From an uncultured Methanosarcinales archaeon (lineage in GTDB: Archaea; Nanobdellota; Nanobdellia; Woesearchaeales; UBA11576), in assembly GCA_964563755.1 (NCBI GenBank), contig CAZLYC010000006.1, forward strand, positions 3,099-67,098: a stretch of 64,000 bases of DNA, given 5' to 3'. The notes beneath the pieces are model-generated. The model was not told the DNA's origin. It saw only the letters and a list, made by a program, of their open reading frames with translations, and did no database searches. Below, piece by piece: positions 17,010 to 27,106 of the stretch. Both the position numbers and the translations under genes were made by a program. Each line of letters opens with the position of its first letter. Positions within the stretch are counted from its first letter, which is position 1.

Positions 17010-19589
17010 TTATATGTCAAATTTCGGGAAAAGGAATCTTTTCATAAGTTCTGCTGAGATTAGATAGAACAGGACTATTATTCCTATCAGCACAAGTATC
17101 TGGGCAGGCATGTGGACGAACCCGAAGAACTTTGCTCCTGCAGCAGTATATGTTATGCCTATCGCAGTCATCGCTGTCAGTATAGAGCCGAAAAATAAGT
17201 ATTTGCTCGGCTTGCTCCTGAAAAGGTGGCGCTTTGTCCTTATTGCGAAGAGTATGACTACCTCTGAAAGACAGGATTCTACAAACCACGCTGTCCTGAA
17301 AAGGTCAGGATTGACTTTAAGGATGAAGAGCATTGGAAGTATCAATGCAAGATCGAATACGACGCTAAGCATTCCAAAGTATATCATGAATTTAGATATC
17401 AGGTTGATGTTCCATTTCTTGGGTTTCTTCAGGAATTCATCGTCAACATTGTCAGTGGACACTGCAAGCGCAGGCATGTCGCTCAGGAAATTATTCAAGA
17501 GTATCTGGGCAGGCAGCAAAGGTATGAATTTCATGAATAGCGAGGATATTGCGACTGTATACATGTTGCCATAGTTTGCGCTTATGGTATTCAATATGTA
17601 TTTTGTTATGTTGCCGAATGTTTTTCTTCCTTCCCTTATGCCGTGTGCGAGTATCTTAAGGTTCTTCTCAAGCAGGACAACATCTGCCGCGTCTTTTGCT
17701 ATGCCTGCTGCGGAATCGACTGATATTCCCACGTCAGCTACACGCAGGGCAGGAGCATCATTGACTCCGTCACCCAGGAATCCGAGTACGTGTCCTTCTT
17801 TCTTAAGCGCGGATACTATCTTGTATTTCTGTTCAGGAGTTATACGTGCGAAGACGTTGTAATGTTCGCAGGTCAGTTCAAACTGTGCTTCGTCAAGTTT
17901 TTCGAGGTCGTCTCCTGTGATTGCTCTATCTTCTACCATGTATATTCCGACCTGTTTGCAGATGTTGAGTGTTACACGTGGTGAATCTCCGCTTATGACC
18001 TTGACCCCGACTCCGAGGTGCTGGTACATTGCAAGGGATTCCCTGACTCCTTTCTTCGGCGGATCTATGAACAGCATGAAGCCAAGGAGGTTCATCTCTT
18101 TCTCGTCGCTCCTTTTTGTCTCGCTCTTCGCGACATGTTTTTCTGCGATGGCTATTACACGGTACCCTTCGTTCTCGTATTTCTCGAATTTTGATGTTAT
18201 TGCGTCATGGAGCTTCCTGTCGAGTTTGACTTTCTTGTTTGCGTATTTTGCTGTTGTGCATGCGGCAAGTATCGATTCTGGAGCTCCTTTCGCTATGAGC
18301 GTGTTCCTGTTGCCCTTTCTCGCAACTATGCTCATCCTTCTTCTGTCAAAGTCAAATTCGTTTTCATCTATTATAGTGTATGAACTGGCTATTGAAGACA
18401 GGGCATGATGTGCTTTTTCGTGTATTGCTTTTTCATGTATCGCTCTATCGATAGGGCTTGAGAAGACAGATGATGAATTGTTTCCTTCGGTTGTGCTGCA
18501 TAGGATGCCATAGAGGAGAATAGCATTGTCCTTCTTTCCGTTAAGATCCACGTATTCGTGGAGCGAGAGCTTGCCTTCTGTCAGAGTTCCTGTCTTGTCG
18601 CAGCAGAGCGTATCTATATTCCCGAGGTCTTCGACAGACTGGAGCCTTTTGATTATGACCTTCTCCTTTGACATCTTCAAGGCGCCTCTTGACAGCGCCA
18701 TTGTTATTATTATAGGGAGCGCTTCAGGAGCTATCCCTACAGCGAGCGCGAGCGCGAATATGAATGATGGGAATATCCCTTTTCCCAGGACAGCATTGGC
18801 GAAGAAGATGAATGCAGTCATTCCGAGAGTGACTTTGAGGAGGAAGTTGCTGAACTTCTTCATGTTTATCTGGAAATCTGTCTCGGGAGGTTTTTGTTTG
18901 AGATATGCTGCTGTCTTGCCGAAGAGAGTATCTTTTCCTGTCGATATGACGACACCATAGCCCAGGCCTGTAGCAACAGATGAACCCATAAATGCTATGT
19001 TGCATAGGTATTGGGGCAGTGAGCGCTCCGCGCTTACTGTACTGACCTTCTTTATGACCGGCAGGGATTCTCCGGTGAGGGAAGATTCGTCTGTTGACAT
19101 CTCTTCCACATGTATAAGACGTATATCTGCAGGTATTATGTCTCCTATGTTGAGATGCACTATATCTCCGGGAACTAGTTCCCGGGCATCTACCTCTATG
19201 ATTTTTCCGTCGCGCAGCGTCTTTGCTTTCAGGCTTATGTATTGCCTGAGCTCTCTTATCGCATTCTCTGCCTTGTATTCCTGCATGAAACCAAGAATCG
19301 CATTTAGCAATACTATTGCCAGTATGACTATGCCATCAATTTTTTCATGCATGAAGAATGAGATTATTGATGCGGCAATCAGCAGGAGTATTAGTGAGTT
19401 CTTGAATTGGGACAGCAATATGGAAAGGCCTTGCCTCGTGCCGCCATAGAGTATCTCATTAGGCCCGTGTTCTGAAAAACGTTTCTTTGCTTCTTCATGG
19501 CTCAGGCCGTTTATAGAAGTATCAAGATGTGACAGTAGCTCTCTTACTGGCAGCGCCCAGAGAGCTATCCTCCCTCTTTTTTTAAGCAT
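17010..19589 (-). CDS. P-type cation-transporting ATPase (P2/P3-type, Ca2+/Mg2+-like)
   Basis: CCDKTGTLTEGK phosphorylation motif, KGAPE, GDGVNDAPAL, N-terminal Cation_ATPase_N-like region, 859 aa, about 10 TM segments. Confidence 0.9.
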   Translation of the reverse strand: MLKKRGRIALWALPVRELLSHLDTSINGLSHEEAKKRFSEHGPNEILYGGTRQGLSILLSQFKNSLILLLIAASIISFFMHEKIDGIVILAIVLLNAILGFMQEYKAENAIRELRQYISLKAKTLRDGKIIEVDARELVPGDIVHLNIGDIIPADIRLIHVEEMSTDESSLTGESLPVIKKVSTVSAERSLPQYLCNIAFMGSSVATGLGYGVVISTGKDTLFGKTAAYLKQKPPETDFQINMKKFSNFLLKVTLGMTAFIFFANAVLGKGIFPSFIFALALAVGIAPEALPIIITMALSRGALKMSKEKVIIKRLQSVEDLGNIDTLCCDKTGTLTEGKLSLHEYVDLNGKKDNAILLYGILCSTTEGNNSSSVFSSPIDRAIHEKAIHEKAHHALSSIASSYTIIDENEFDFDRRRMSIVARKGNRNTLIAKGAPESILAACTTAKYANKKVKLDRKLHDAITSKFEKYENEGYRVIAIAEKHVAKSETKRSDEKEMNLLGFMLFIDPPKKGVRESLAMYQHLGVGVKVISGDSPRVTLNICKQVGIYMVEDRAITGDDLEKLDEAQFELTCEHYNVFARITPEQKYKIVSALKKEGHVLGFLGDGVNDAPALRVADVGISVDSAAGIAKDAADVVLLEKNLKILAHGIREGRKTFGNITKYILNTISANYGNMYTVAISSLFMKFIPLLPAQILLNNFLSDMPALAVSTDNVDDEFLKKPKKWNINLISKFMIYFGMLSVVFDLALILPMLFILKVNPDLFRTAWFVESCLSEVVILFAIRTKRHLFRSKPSKYLFFGSILTAMTAIGITYTAAGAKFFGFVHMPAQILVLIGIIVLFYLISAELMKRFLFPKFDI

Positions 19590-19700
19590 ATGACAGAAAC
19601 AGGCTATTTATTATTTAAATATTGCCTCTGTATACTGTTCAATAAGCGCATATACGAACTAAACAGAAATAAAAATAATTCTCTCTTTGGCAAAAAGAAA

Positions 19701-20618
19701 ATGTTTAATAGCATGACTGCAAATGATATGGTCATGGCAGAGTTGATTGATGGAAAGCTTGTTTCTGATAAGATTCTTGAGAAAGTGAAGTCTGAAGTAG
19801 ATTCGTTGAAAAGCAGATATGGTGCTGCTCCCTCGCTTCATGCGATTATTGTCGGTGATGACCCTGCTTCTCAGACATATGTAAGGATGAAAAAGAATGC
19901 CTGCAAGAAGACAGGCATGGATTCTGAGACGCATGCTCTTCCTGCAGATATTTCACAGAGGAGTCTTGAAGCGCTCATTGGCAGGCTTAATGAGAATGAA
20001 GAGGTCAGCGGGATACTTGTCCAGCTTCCGCTCCCAAAGCATATTGATAAGAACAGCATAATGGACTCGATACATCCTGACAAAGATGTGGACGGTTTTA
20101 GTAAGACCAATGTAGCGAAGCTTTACAGGGGAGAGGATTGCCTTGAACCTTGCACGCCAAGGGGAGTGCTTGTTCTTCTGGACCATTACAAGATTCCTGT
20201 TGAAGGCAGGGAATTGGTAATAATTGGCAGGAGCGATATCGTCGGGAAACCTTTATCGATTATGCTCTCAGGAACAAGAAGGAATGCTACAGTGACTCTT
20301 TGTCATTCAAAGACGCACAATCTTCAGTATTATTCTTCATCTGCAGACATACTTATTGCTGCGATAGGCAGGCCAGAGTATGTCAAGAGTGAGATGGTGG
20401 AAAAAGGTGCTGTGGTGATTGACGTTGGGGTCAATCGTGTTGATGATATCTGCGCAGATAAAGGATATCGTCTTGTAGGAGATGTTGATTTCAATAATGT
20501 TTCAAAGAAAGCTTCTTACATAACACCTGTCCCTGGCGGGGTAGGCCCTATGACCATAGCGTGTCTGATGGAGAACACATTGAAAGCTTACAAGATTCAG
20601 AAAGGAATGCTCTCATAA
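19701..20618 (+). CDS. folD: Bifunctional methylenetetrahydrofolate dehydrogenase/cyclohydrolase
   Basis: HAIIVGDDPASQTYVRMKKNACKKTG, ILVQLPLP, CTPRGV, GRSDIVGKP, VTLCHSKT, DVGVNRV motifs. Start moved to the ATG at 19701; the 5' extension from 19590 is unlikely to be coding. Confidence 0.88.
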   Translation: MFNSMTANDMVMAELIDGKLVSDKILEKVKSEVDSLKSRYGAAPSLHAIIVGDDPASQTYVRMKKNACKKTGMDSETHALPADISQRSLEALIGRLNENEEVSGILVQLPLPKHIDKNSIMDSIHPDKDVDGFSKTNVAKLYRGEDCLEPCTPRGVLVLLDHYKIPVEGRELVIIGRSDIVGKPLSIMLSGTRRNATVTLCHSKTHNLQYYSSSADILIAAIGRPEYVKSEMVEKGAVVIDVGVNRVDDICADKGYRLVGDVDFNNVSKKASYITPVPGGVGPMTIACLMENTLKAYKIQKGMLS

Positions 20619-20713
20619 GCAATGCCTCCTAGCGAACAGCTCACTACTCTTCTATTTGAATCGCAGTTGGGCTACCGAAGACAGATATGACATCCATGTG
20701 AGCGAGGCATTGC
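20619..20713. repeat. GC-rich palindromic repeat element, type B (TIR GCAATGCCNC...GNGGCATTGC)
   Basis: Near-identical to the reverse complement of 61496..61590. Shares the core CTTCTATTTGAAT(C/T)GCAGTT. Abuts the folD stop. Confidence 0.65.
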
Positions 20714-20731
20714 GACAAAAGTTAAAGTTAC

Positions 20732-20835
20732 GCACCGCCATGGCCGCTCGCTCCTATTGCTAATCAAAGTGTTTATCTGAGTACACCGTTAATCAGAAAG
20801 AAAAATATGCCAGCTCGCTAGGGCTTTGGCGGTGC
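20732..20835. repeat. GC-rich palindromic repeat element, type A (ends GC(A/G)CCGCCAA(T/A)GCC...AGCGAGCGGCCNTGGCGGNGC)
   Basis: Reverse-complement copy of the elements at 38425, 53439 and 61385. Contains the core CTGAGTACACCGTTAATCAG. Confidence 0.65.
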
Positions 20836-20841
20836 TATTTT

Positions 20842-22365
20842 TTATTCCCATTCCATCGTAGCTGGTGGCTTGTTTGAGATATCATACACCACTCTATTGA
20901 CTTCAGGTATCTCGTTTGTTATTCTCGTAGACATCTTCTCAAGCAGTTCGTAAGGTACTTTAGAAAAATTTGCAGTCATTGCGTCTTTTGATTCGACAAT
21001 CCTTATTGCGACAGGGTATTTGTAGCTTCTCGCATCTCCCTGTATTCCGACACTCTTTATCGGCAAGAGCACAGCGAATCCCATCCAGACATCATTGTAA
21101 AGTCCAGCGTTCTTTAGTTCATCTTCTACTATATAACTTGCTTTTCTTGTTATCTCTGCTCTTTCTGGCGTCACTTCACCTAGTATTCTTACTCCAAGAC
21201 CAGGACCGGGAAAGACATGTCGGGTTATTATTTCATTGTCCAATCCTATGTTGCGGGCCAGCTTTCTGACTTCATCTTTGTAGAGTTCGCGTAGTGGTTC
21301 GTAAACTTCTAGTTTCATGTTATCAGGCAGCCCACCGACATTATGATGGGATTTTATCTTCGATGAGTGCTTAGTGAGACCGCTCTCTATCCTGTCAGAG
21401 TATATCGTGCCCTGCACAAGCACTTCTGCGTTTTCTTTTTGCGCAAGTTCATCGAACACATCGATGAATGTCTTGCCTATCGATTTTCTCTTGAGTTCGG
21501 GGTCTTCTACTCCCTTTAGAGCTTCAAAGAATTTGTCTCGTGCGTCAAGCACTCTTAAATCAAGAGCATATTGTGAGAATATCTTCTCTATTGTCTCTGT
21601 CTCCTTGTGTCTCATGAGTCCTGTGTCGACGTATGCGGCGACAAGCTGCTTTCCTATGACCTTGCTTAGTATTATCGCTGCTGTCGATGAGTCAACCCCG
21701 CCAGATAATCCGAGTATCGCTTTTCTTTTTCCTATCTTCTGTGCTGCCTCTTGTTCTATTATTGATATTATGTTTGTTACATCCCATTCCTTCTTTGCAT
21801 GGCAGATATTGAGTGCGAAGTTCTCAAGGATCTTGTTTCCATTCGGCGTATGTGTGACCTCAGGGTGGAATTGAACGCCGTAAAGTTTCTTTTGTTTATT
21901 TTCAAATGCTGCGATTGGTGAATCTTTTGTTGATGCTGTCGTAACATATCCTGAAGGCAGCGATTCGACTATGTCTTTGTGGTTCATCCAGACTTTTTCT
22001 ATGCTGAGAATACTATTAAGCAATTTTCCATCTAGGACTTTCAAGGATGTGACGCCATACTCTCCTGAGTCACCAGGACTGACTTTGCCTCCGCTCATCT
22101 GGGCTATGAGCTGGTGTCCGTAGCATATGCCAAGTATGGGAACAGAGATATCCAGCAGGTCTTTATCGCACTTGGGTGATTCTTTGTCATATACAGATGA
22201 TGCTCCACCTGAGAGGATGATACCTTCAAGTCCATCTATCTTCTCTAACTGTTCTTTGCTCGTCGTTGCAGGAAGCACTTCCGAGTACACTCCTATGTCT
22301 CTTATCCTCCTAGAAATCAGGTGGGCGTACTGGGAGCCGAAGTCCAGCACTATTATCCTTTCCAT
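20842..22365 (-). CDS. guaA: GMP synthase (glutamine-hydrolysing), fused GATase plus ATP-pyrophosphatase, bacterial-type single polypeptide
   Basis: GATase triad region (GICYGHQL), SGGVDSS PP-loop, C-terminal GMP synthase dimerisation domain. 507 aa. Confidence 0.9.
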   Translation of the reverse strand: MERIIVLDFGSQYAHLISRRIRDIGVYSEVLPATTSKEQLEKIDGLEGIILSGGASSVYDKESPKCDKDLLDISVPILGICYGHQLIAQMSGGKVSPGDSGEYGVTSLKVLDGKLLNSILSIEKVWMNHKDIVESLPSGYVTTASTKDSPIAAFENKQKKLYGVQFHPEVTHTPNGNKILENFALNICHAKKEWDVTNIISIIEQEAAQKIGKRKAILGLSGGVDSSTAAIILSKVIGKQLVAAYVDTGLMRHKETETIEKIFSQYALDLRVLDARDKFFEALKGVEDPELKRKSIGKTFIDVFDELAQKENAEVLVQGTIYSDRIESGLTKHSSKIKSHHNVGGLPDNMKLEVYEPLRELYKDEVRKLARNIGLDNEIITRHVFPGPGLGVRILGEVTPERAEITRKASYIVEDELKNAGLYNDVWMGFAVLLPIKSVGIQGDARSYKYPVAIRIVESKDAMTANFSKVPYELLEKMSTRITNEIPEVNRVVYDISNKPPATMEWE

Positions 22366-22633
22366 GAGGTTTACACTTGTTTTTCGGCTTATTTATACTT
22401 TGTGTAGCAATATAAAGGAAACACGGTTTTGCGCCGGTGCTGAGTTAAAAGAAAGGAGAGAAAACGTAATTCTTTCGTATAACATCTCAAAACGAATGAT
22501 TTTTGCGTTTTGATAAAAAAATTACGAGCTAATTTTATAGTATTTGCGTGCGTTATAGTCTACAAGGAAGTGCATCTTCAAAAGAATTCCAGGTGTTGAG
22601 AGATAGAAGAAAGATAGAAGAGCACGATTCAAA

Positions 22634-23137
22634 TTGGGTGAGACCTTGACCAGACCTGCGCTAAAGGGTAATCTGGATATTGACGACACTGTCCGCGGCT
22701 ACATATGCCCGACTTGCGGCGTATCACATGAGACATATTTCTCGCTTGATGACGGCGTGGAAGAATCTCCATCTAAACCTGTCGCAACGCTTGAGGTATG
22801 TTCAGAGCTTGAGGACAAGATAGTTTCTTGCGAAAACGGCTTCATGATGTCAAAGATGAAGCTTGTCGAACACAACATGGAAGTTTCTGATAAGGACCTT
22901 ATCATGTATCTTCCGGGAGACCATCTGTACTGCCCTGCATGCGACACAAAGCATGAAGGTGACTACATAGAGGTCAGTTATTCTAGCGACCCAGGGAAGA
23001 GCATAGTGCAATGCCCTGACGGGAGGATGATGCCTAAGGACGCATTATTGAGCCACAGCCACAGGAAACTGCTTGAGAGGATAGAGAAGAGATCCAATTC
23101 AATCATAAGGATAGGCAACGGTTACAAGAGTATCTAG
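22634..23137 (+). CDS. Hypothetical protein with two CxxC pairs (zinc-ribbon-like)
   Basis: CPTCG...C..C and CPACD...CPDG. Start codon uncertain. Confidence 0.45.
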   Translation: MGETLTRPALKGNLDIDDTVRGYICPTCGVSHETYFSLDDGVEESPSKPVATLEVCSELEDKIVSCENGFMMSKMKLVEHNMEVSDKDLIMYLPGDHLYCPACDTKHEGDYIEVSYSSDPGKSIVQCPDGRMMPKDALLSHSHRKLLERIEKRSNSIIRIGNGYKSI

Positions 23138-23150
23138 GAGGGATGTTACG

Positions 23151-23486
23151 ATGTCTGACGGGAATGAGAGGAAAAACAGGATTGAAGATTATCTGAAGAC
23201 ACTTACGCCGGAGGAAAGAGAGAGGCACAAGGAGCTTATAGAGGAATGCAGGCAAAGAGAGAAGGATATCAGGGAAAGCTATGATAATGCCCGCGAGTCA
23301 ATCAAGGAAGTGAAGAAAAATTATGAGATGATAGGTGAAAACCTCAAGAAGATGTGCGAGTTCTACGGGGAGCTTGAGAAGCTTGTCGAAGTCGCTGATA
23401 AGATGAACAAGGCGACGGACAGCTTGGAAGGAGTATATGCGGCATATTTCCTGATGAACAGGAAAGACGGCAAGAAATATTCTTAA
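23151..23486 (+). CDS. Hypothetical coiled-coil protein (111 aa)
   Basis: Charged heptad-like sequence. 14 nt after the previous ORF. Confidence 0.45.
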   Translation: MSDGNERKNRIEDYLKTLTPEERERHKELIEECRQREKDIRESYDNARESIKEVKKNYEMIGENLKKMCEFYGELEKLVEVADKMNKATDSLEGVYAAYFLMNRKDGKKYS

Positions 23487-23527
23487 GGAATCGCCATAAA
23501 TAGGACCTATTAAAAATTATTTTCAAA

Positions 23528-24760
23528 TCATTTCTGTTTTGGTTCTCCTATGTAGCAAGCATTCTTATCTGGTTTCTTGTATCTTCCTCTTGCCTGCTCC
23601 CTGAACTTGACCATTGCTGAATATACCTGGTTGACATAGTTGACTGTCTCACCTATGAAGGGTATGCCATGAGTCCCATTGTTGCCTGCATTCTGCAGCG
23701 CAGTCGGGCTTGCATTGTACCCTGCTGCTGCAATCCTGAAGTCTCCATTGTATTTTTTCAGCAGGTCTGCATGATGATGCACAGCAGCGTCAATAGTCAT
23801 TATCACAGATAATCTCTCGTCAACTTCTGAGAGATATTGGTCTAGCAGTATCTGTTTCTCGCGCTCTTTCTGTTCTTTTGTCTTAATCTGCATCTTCGTC
23901 GCTCTTGCTACCCTCTCTTCATATGCCTGTCTCTGCTCTATCTCGCGTATCCTCTGCGGAACCTGTTTTGATGCGAGGTCTATGTAATTTGTATATTCCG
24001 CATGTGCTGCGTTGAGGTTTCTTTCGAAAACCTCTGCCTCTGCTATGAGGTAGAAGTATTTTTCTATGTCTGCTGAATTAGATGATATGAAATTTCTTAC
24101 ATCATCTCTTATTTTGTCAGGTGTCGAATCCTGGCCTATCATCCTCTCAAGCTTTGAGAGCAGTGTGCCTCTTATCTCTGACGATGCTTTCCATTTGTCC
24201 CTCGCCTTCCAGAGGTTCTGCCTGCCTATTTTCCAGCTGTAAGGCTCGTTCGTCCTAAGACCATATCTCTGTCCTGTAGATTCTATGAACTGTGCATCGC
24301 CTAAAGCTCCGGCAGGTGAGACTATGACTTTGCCGAATCTTGATTCCTGCCATATTATTGCTAGTGTGAACATCGGGTCGACCGGCCATATCTCAGCATA
24401 TCTCTCGACAGATTCGAGTATGTAAGGGAAGTATTTTCTTGCATCCGGGTTTGACCTTAGGAACTGCTCAAAATCATAGCTGCTCTCTGTGCAGAGTGAT
24501 TCTTTCAGTTTGCTCTGTGCATCGTCTGCCCTGCTCTCGCATTCAATTATGTCTACTGAGTGCCTATTCACTTGATCGTCCAGGCAAGATATATTATGTT
24601 TCAATGAAGCGTTCTCCTGCGTAAGCATCTCTATCTCTTGTGCGTGCCGCTTCAAGAGTTCCTGCCTGTCTTTGAACAAATCAGAATTCAAAATACTATG
24701 AGTTCCGATGGCTGCTGCGCTTATTCCTGCTACGATGATTGCTTTTTTGATTATATTCAT
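23528..24760 (-). CDS. Secreted or membrane-anchored lytic transglycosylase (SLT domain) protein
   Basis: N-terminal hydrophobic segment. SLT catalytic region IIWQESRF...SPAGALGDAQFIESTG (E-S...AGAxG.MQ pattern), and a C-terminal ...AAAGYNASP... segment whose assignment to the SLT fold is uncertain. Confidence 0.72.
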   Translation of the reverse strand: MNIIKKAIIVAGISAAAIGTHSILNSDLFKDRQELLKRHAQEIEMLTQENASLKHNISCLDDQVNRHSVDIIECESRADDAQSKLKESLCTESSYDFEQFLRSNPDARKYFPYILESVERYAEIWPVDPMFTLAIIWQESRFGKVIVSPAGALGDAQFIESTGQRYGLRTNEPYSWKIGRQNLWKARDKWKASSEIRGTLLSKLERMIGQDSTPDKIRDDVRNFISSNSADIEKYFYLIAEAEVFERNLNAAHAEYTNYIDLASKQVPQRIREIEQRQAYEERVARATKMQIKTKEQKEREKQILLDQYLSEVDERLSVIMTIDAAVHHHADLLKKYNGDFRIAAAGYNASPTALQNAGNNGTHGIPFIGETVNYVNQVYSAMVKFREQARGRYKKPDKNACYIGEPKQK

Positions 24761-24913
24761 TTCAACACCGATTTTATATCAACACTATGTTAGAACAAGC
24801 TGAAGAGGCTTGCCTTCCCTCTGTTTTTTCTGCGTTAAAAAAATGCTCTGCGCAGAATTATAAATGTTTCGGTCAGGCAAAGATTTAAATATATTCAATA
24901 AGACCTTAAGCCC

Positions 24914-25795
24914 ATGAAAAAAGAAGTTGATGCTGCTGTCATGAAGATGATGCTGTCTGCAGAGGAGAGTGAGATAACAGAGCATAACATATACAGGAAG
25001 CTTTCTGAGTCTATAAAAGACACGCACAACAGCAAGGTACTGAAAAGCATATCTGATGATGAGTTCAGGCATTACAATTTCTGGAAATCGATGACAGGTG
25101 TCGATGTCCCGCAGAGCAAGTTAAGATTCTGGAAGTATTATCTTATATCCAAGGTTTTTGGAATTACATTCGGAACAAAGCTGATGGAACGTGGAGAAGG
25201 CGCTGCACAGCAGAAGTATGACAAGCTTGCCGAGCATGTGCCTCATGCGAAGCAGATAGAGGCTGATGAGAAGAAGCATGAGAAGCTGCTGCTGGATATG
25301 CTTGACGAGGAGAAATTAAAGTATGTCGGTTCTATTGTCCTCGGCCTTAACGATGCTCTTGTTGAACTTACTGGCGCTTTGGCTGGTTTCACTCTTGCTT
25401 TCAAGAATTCGAACATAATAGCTATTGCTGGATTGATAACAGGCATCGCAGCTTCATTCTCGATGGGCGCTTCAGAGTATCTCTCGACAAAATCAGAGAA
25501 AGGTGATGGTAAGAACCCTTTCAAGGCATCCATATATACAACTCTCGCTTACATTCTGACCGTGTTTTTCCTTGTGTTTCCATTTATGATTATGAGTAAC
25601 CCTCTTATTGCGCTTGCGATAACTTTGGTCAATGTCATGATTGTAATCACAACGTTCACTTTCTACATATCTGTCGCTCAGGACATAAGTTTCAGGTCGA
25701 GATTCACTGAGATGACCCTGATAAGTCTGGGTGTTGCAGCATTCTCTTTCGGAGTGGGATTCATTATTAGAACAGTCTGGGGAATAGAGATATAG
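24914..25795 (+). CDS. Erythrin-VIT1 iron transporter (MbfA-like: N-terminal ferritin-like domain plus VIT1/CCC1 membrane domain)
   Basis: N-terminal rubrerythrin-like helices with E..H pairs. C-terminal GLNDALVELTGALAGFT motif and TM helices of the VIT1 family. Confidence 0.72.
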   Translation: MKKEVDAAVMKMMLSAEESEITEHNIYRKLSESIKDTHNSKVLKSISDDEFRHYNFWKSMTGVDVPQSKLRFWKYYLISKVFGITFGTKLMERGEGAAQQKYDKLAEHVPHAKQIEADEKKHEKLLLDMLDEEKLKYVGSIVLGLNDALVELTGALAGFTLAFKNSNIIAIAGLITGIAASFSMGASEYLSTKSEKGDGKNPFKASIYTTLAYILTVFFLVFPFMIMSNPLIALAITLVNVMIVITTFTFYISVAQDISFRSRFTEMTLISLGVAAFSFGVGFIIRTVWGIEI

Positions 25796-25813
25796 TTCAT
25801 TCTAAATAAATAA

Positions 25814-25916
25814 GCAGTTCTGCAGCCGCCTAGCGAGCGTCATACAATTATTTTATTTGAATTGCAGTTCTGCAACCGAAAACAGTTATATGATTAATGC
25901 GAGCGCGGCTGCAACA
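25814..25916. repeat. GC-rich palindromic repeat element, type B variant
   Basis: GCAGTTCTGCAGCCGCCTAGCGAGCG...ATTTTATTTGAATTGCAGTTCTGCAACCGAA...GCGAGCGCGGCTGCAAC. Shares the core with 20619, 48212 and 61496. Confidence 0.6.
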
Positions 25917-25940
25917 GTATAGAAGCACATTAAAAAAAGT

Positions 25941-27050
25941 TTATTCTTTAAGCACCAGTTCCACAATCGCTTCTGTGTGCGGAGTCTGGGGAAAAAGGTC
26001 AAACATTGCTGCGCTCTTTAGCTGATATTCCTTGAATTTTGGTATGTCTTTTCCAAGCTGCTGGATATTGCATGATATATATAGTATTACTTTAGGCTTG
26101 AGCATCTTTAACTCAAGTATGGTCTTCGGGTGCATGCCTGATCTCGGCGGGTCTGTTATTACGAAGAGCGGTTCTGGAAGTTCAAGTTTTTTCAGCTGCA
26201 TCGCGTCAAGAAGCACGGCCTTTGTGTTTGTCGCATTGTTCATTTTTATATTCTCATTTGCTGCATCTATGCATTGCTTCACGCTCTCAACCGTCGTTAC
26301 TCCTTTAAAAAGCGGCGAATTGTTTATCCCAAAAGTGCCTATCCCGCCATAAAGGTCAAGTAGGTGCGAATTCTTCGTGTCATACTTCTTGAGCAGTTCA
26401 TTGCAGTAACTGTGCATCGTTTCAGCCATCTCGTGGTTGTTCTGTGAGAATCCCTGCACAGAATAGATAAAATTGTTACCAAGATAGCTCTCTTTCAGCA
26501 TGTCTTTTCCCTTGACTACAAAGAAATCATCGGATACGCTGATGTCTGTTATTGACGGCGCATAAGTGACGATTATATTATTAGCAGTGGTTTCTTTCGC
26601 GAACTTCTTTATCTTCTCTATCGCTTCACCGACTCTTGTTGAGTCGCTGTTGAGAACAAACGAGATTGATGAATCATTCTGGGGTGTCCGTATGACAGCA
26701 TATCTAAACGTGCCTGATTTCCTGCTCACATCGAAATAATCAGGCTCCCTGAAGAATTCCCTAACCTCTTTCATAAGGATATTTAGCTTCTCATTCGATA
26801 TTGCGCACGAATCAACAGTCACTGTCTCTTTCCAGTCGCCTTTCTTGCGGAGACCGACCCCGTTCTTTGAGAAGACAAAGTCCATCCTGTTCCTGTAGCC
26901 ATACTCATTAGCAGAGAATACTTCGATGTCATCCTGTCCTATCAGTGCTGCAAGAAGTTTTTTCTTGTGATCGAGCTGCGCAGGATAGTCTATGTGCTGG
27001 GTTGAGCAGCCGCCGCATCTTCCAAAGTAAGGGCATCTTGGTGTCGCCAT
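25941..27050 (-). CDS. RNA (uracil-5-)-methyltransferase, TrmA/RumA family (TRAM plus class I SAM MTase)
   Basis: N-terminal Cys cluster CPYFGRCGGC, SAM-binding DLYGGIGTF, C-terminal catalytic DPPRSG. Start set at MATPRC. Confidence 0.8.
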   Translation of the reverse strand: MATPRCPYFGRCGGCSTQHIDYPAQLDHKKKLLAALIGQDDIEVFSANEYGYRNRMDFVFSKNGVGLRKKGDWKETVTVDSCAISNEKLNILMKEVREFFREPDYFDVSRKSGTFRYAVIRTPQNDSSISFVLNSDSTRVGEAIEKIKKFAKETTANNIIVTYAPSITDISVSDDFFVVKGKDMLKESYLGNNFIYSVQGFSQNNHEMAETMHSYCNELLKKYDTKNSHLLDLYGGIGTFGINNSPLFKGVTTVESVKQCIDAANENIKMNNATNTKAVLLDAMQLKKLELPEPLFVITDPPRSGMHPKTILELKMLKPKVILYISCNIQQLGKDIPKFKEYQLKSAAMFDLFPQTPHTEAIVELVLKE

Positions 27051-27106
27051 GTATATTCCAATAGTTGGCGAAAGATTAAAATATCTTCCTAACAGAAGAG
27101 TCAATC

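Noticed and set aside
17110-19449. Plus-strand ORFs within the P-type ATPase gene
   Set aside because: Antisense to an 859-aa ORF containing all P-type ATPase motifs.
19590-19700. N-terminal extension of the folD ORF (MTETGYLLFKYCLC...)
   Set aside because: Not part of conserved FolD. The ATG at 19701 gives a canonical N-terminus and leaves room for a promoter.
22699-22947. 82-aa minus-strand ORF overlapping the zinc-ribbon-pair gene
   Set aside because: Antisense and low complexity. The plus-strand ORF has paired CxxC motifs.
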